Below, piece after piece: positions 60,501-64,000 of a DNA stretch of 64,000 nucleotides. Made by a program: the position numbers and the translations under genes. The number at the start of each line of letters is the position of its first letter. Position 1 is the stretch's first letter. The DNA is taken from positions 620,001 through 684,000 of the forward strand of contig NW_027590123.1 of NCBI RefSeq assembly GCF_964213995.1. Direction: 5' to 3'. The notes under the pieces were generated by a model, which had not been told where the DNA came from, searched no databases, and saw nothing but the letters and a program-made list of their open reading frames with translations. Origin of the DNA: Mustelus asterias. Its lineage: Eukaryota.

Positions 60501-61675
60501 AGGGTCTAGTCAACTGAAGTGCATTTGTTTCAATGCGGGAAGTGCAACAGGAAAGCAGACGAACTTAGGGCTTGGATTACTACTTGGAATTATGATGTTG
60601 CTGCTATTGCAGAGACTGGGCTCAGGGAAGGACAGGATTGGCAGCTGAACGTTGAGCATATGGATGTTTCAGGCTCGTTTGAGGGGGACGTCAAAGGGGT
60701 GGATCAGTTAAGGATTAAGGAGAAACTCACAGTTGTACGGTGGGAGGACAGCCCGGAGGCCCATACAGTGAGGCAATATGGGTAGAGATCAGGAACAGGA
60801 AGGGTGCCGTTCACGATGTTGGGGTTTACTATAGGGCGGCCAGCAGCCAGCGGGAGATAGAAGAACAAATAAGTTGGCAGAATTTGGCAAGGTGTAAAAG
60901 TAACACGGTTGTTGTGGTCGGAGATTTTAACAGACCCGGTATTGACTGGGACTCACTTAGTGCCTAGGGCATGGATGAGGCAGGGTTTGTAAGAAGCATC
61001 CAGGAGTGGTTCTTGAAACAGTATGTAGATAGTCCAACTCGGGAAGGGGCCGTACTGGACCTTGTATTGGGAAATGAGCCCGGCCAGGTAGGAATACAAG
61101 GAAAGTGGAATGAAACGTAAGCAAGGAGTAAGGAGGTCTAAAAGTGATCACGGAAAATCATTGGCCAGCAGGATTAAGGAAAATCCCAAGGCTTTTTATA
61201 CATATATAAAGAGCAAGAGGGTAGCAATGGAAAGGGTTGGCCCACTCAAGGACAGGGGAGAGAATCTGTGCGTTTAGTGAGAGGAAATGGGCGAGGTATT
61301 AGATGAGTACTTTGTGTCAGTATTCACCATAGAGAAGGACTTGGTGGTTGATGAGTCTGGGAAAGGGTGTGCAGATAGTGTGAGTCATTTTGTGATTAAA
61401 AAGGAGAAAGTATAAGGGTTCTTTAGAAGCACTCAGGTAGACTAGTCCCCAGGGCCGGATGGGATTTATCCTTGGATATTGAGAGAGGCAAAGGAGAAAA
61501 TTGCTGGGGCCTTGAGATAAATATTTGTATCCTCACTGGCTACCGAGGAGGTCCCAGAGGATTGCAGAATAGCCAATGCTGTTCCTTTGTTTGAGAAGGG
61601 TTGCAAGAATAATCCAGGTAATTACAGGCCTGTGAGCCTTACATCAGTGATAGGGAAATTATTGGAGAGCTTTTC
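57600..61675 (+). mobile_element. Degraded CR1 LINE retaining ORF1 and endonuclease, interrupted by a younger LINE
   Basis: ORF1 esterase-like GASVQDVSER..ILKGEGEQPVVVLHI; ORF2 start LKCICFNA, IWVEIRN, VVVGDFN. Confidence 0.85.
58134..60445 (-). mobile_element. CR1-type LINE nested in the older CR1
   Basis: Three consecutive ORF2 pieces on the minus strand; GTAG on both flanks. Confidence 0.95.
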
Positions 61676-63900
61676 GGAGCAGTAAAAACTCAGTTCGAAG
61701 TGAACATTTCTCAGGTAGAACTGCTTGGTTTTTCATGACTGCTGAGGAGGACAGCCTTCAGCGCACTGGACCTGCGTTACAACACAGATAGCTCGCGGCA
61801 CCGCTGCCTCATGTGCTTGCTCCATCATCTTCCCTCTCATAGACCCGTCTGGACTGTGTGTGTGTCGGGGTTAAGTGAGTACTATCAGACAGGAACGGTA
61901 ACAGAAGTGGGTTGCCGAGGATGTGGTTTTCTTCAGATGTGCACCAACGGATGGGCCCCAACGTTTAAAGTTCAAAGTGCTTGGTGATATTCTGAACATT
62001 TCTCAGGTTGGAACTGTTAATTGGAAAATCTTCAGTTGGGATTCTTTACTTGTTTATATCTGCTAATTATATTTGTTATTAATTTTTTTTTGTTATTCCG
62101 TTTACCTTGTTGTTCCGAACCTTTTCTCATTATAAGGTTTATCTCAATAACATTTTTGGAGGCACCGCGCCAAACATACTCAAATCCTTTTCATGCAAGC
62201 CTGTACTGGCCTTTATGGGTAAACAGGAAATTTAGCCAGCTCACCATCAACTGCTCGGAATTCAGGATCCTGTAAATCGAACAGTCAAATAGTAGCCCCA
62301 TATTGTGATCAGCATGAGGTTACAATAGGATAAACAATTATTGATTACAAAACGTGGAAAATGGAACAATCACTTATTCCTGAATCCCACAGACGCGCAC
62401 ATGAGAAAATATGATTTCCAGAAAATTGACATGCACTTAAATTATTAGAAATGCAGAGCAGAAAAGATCACGGGGGCTATTGTTCAGAAAAAAATCTAAG
62501 TGTCAAATTCACTGAAACACTGGAGCAAATCCTGCTGGTGTTTTCAGTGGGAGTTTCAAAATGAATCGCCCACAGTCTGTGCACTACAGAGAGCCCAAAT
62601 GTGCTTCACGCTGAAATCAGTATTCCCGGCGGTGGGGCCTCCAGCATAACACTGAGTAAGTGTTCTGTCGGTCGATCTGTCAGTGCCGGTATTGGCCCAT
62701 GTGAATAAGCCCACACTGCCGGCATCCCAGTCGCTGGTCAGCTCGATATTTAAAAATAGCAGTGCGGGTGCTGAAAATTTGGAATGAAAACAAAAAATGC
62801 AGGAAAAGCACAGGAGCTCTTGCAGCATCTGTGCAGAGTGAAACTGAGTTAACGTTCCAAATCCGTCTGACATGGTCCTTCTAGATGGAGATGGTCGTGG
62901 GTTTGGAAGGTGCTGTGAAAGGATCTTTGGTGAATTACTGCAATGCATCTTGAAGATAGTACACACGGCGGCTGCTGAGCTTTATCCTCTTTTAGCCATG
63001 CTGTTACTTGTCTGCTCTTGTTTTTTTGTAAATGTGGAGGCGCTGCGCTTACGGAACGTACTGAATGAACTGTATTGTCTTCCTCCTGTCCTTTTCCATG
63101 TTTATATATGGGGGAATCATCAAGCTGTACTGGACCAGGTTTGAGGGTGAGCTGTATTATTCGTAAAAATGCCAAAACTTCAAAGAAAATATATTTAAAG
63201 AATAACGTTCGAGGGGAGGTTCCTCGTGTTGCTGAATACATGTCCTACTGAGCGCGACTAACACAGACGTCCAGTGGACAGGTGCAGACGAAGTTACAAA
63301 GAAATGTGTCAGAGCTGTTAAAACATCCCCTCCAACATGGATACCACCGGAGACAGCGGGAAGTAAATGTAAGAGCTTCCCACAACATTCTATTGCTTCT
63401 GAGCTTCTTTGAGCTGGCAACTTTTGACCATGTGGATGTGAATATCACAGACAGTTGGGAGGACGAAATTCATTTCAAACAGGGAATTGGACAAATCCTG
63501 AAGGGGAAGGATTTGCAGGAATCTGGGGAATGGACAGAGGAACGGGATTAGTTGCAGCAGTAAAACCAAGAATGAGAATATTAGCACGGAGATGATGATT
63601 TATTCAACGGATGGGCTGGGCTGAGGCAGAAGTGGGGATGTCTGATGTTATTGAGGTGGCTGAGGACAGTATTTGGGATGGAGAGAATATGGGGTTGGAA
63701 ATCCAGTCAGGGTCAAAGGGATATTTAGTTTGTGAGCAGCCTCTGATAGCAACCAGAGAGGGGCGTGGAGCCGCGGGATATGGAATGGAATGAGTGACTG
63801 GAGCTGAAGAGAATGAATTCATTCTTTTCAAAATGTAAATAACCAGAAAAATAATGCAGTCCGACACAGTTAGAATAAGTAACTGGACAGAGAAACTTAC

Positions 63901-64000
63901 CAGGGACACCAACAATAGCCAGGACGGGATAATATCCCTCTTGAATACGTAACAGTACATCGTTGATCTGGTAATCCCATGGTCTCTGAACGTCAATGGA
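63901..64000 (-). CDS. GPR139-like GPCR coding exon 1 (5' end outside the window)
   Basis: Minus strand SIDVQRPWDYQINDVLLRIQEGYYPVLAIVGVP-G|gtaagt; phase-1 splice to exon 2 gives GVP-V-NLVTIV, restoring TM1. Confidence 0.85.

Noticed and set aside
1-64000. D, J or C segments, 12-RSSs, NAR-TCR or IgH-like V segments
   Set aside because: No FGxG J motif with a 12-RSS, no C-domain exon and no IgH/NAR-type framework was recognised by eye; a formal scan could still find short D segments

Overview
Vertebrate genomic DNA, most likely from a shark/elasmobranch judging by its SINE and CR1-type LINE content. There are three interleaved layers. (1) A T-cell receptor alpha/delta-type variable (V) segment field in mixed orientation: one intact V (14629-15224; leader exon, intron, V exon, canonical 23-RSS), seven recognisable V pseudogenes and one or two fainter relics. 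No D, J or C segments were found. (2) A tRNA gene cluster embedded among the V segments: intact-looking tRNA-Ile(TAT, intron-containing), tRNA-Glu(TTC) and tRNA-Leu(AAG), plus many decayed Val, Asn, Arg, Pro, Lys, Gln and Glu copies spread by local cassette duplication, including a ~4.2 kb direct duplication. (3) A two-exon GPR139-like orphan GPCR on the minus strand (exon 2 at 56301-57199; exon 1 runs off the window end). Much of the rest is retroelement debris: CR1 LINEs (several nested), Rex1/Babar-like LINEs, tRNA-derived SINEs and Penelope-like termini carrying minimal hammerhead ribozyme cores. The most notable observations are the tRNA cluster inside a V field, CTCF-like motifs just 3' of several RSSs, a head-to-head V pair ~90 bp apart, a CRE minisatellite at a V promoter, and the hammerhead cores. 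All calls were made by eye; repeat boundaries are approximate and nothing was database-searched.
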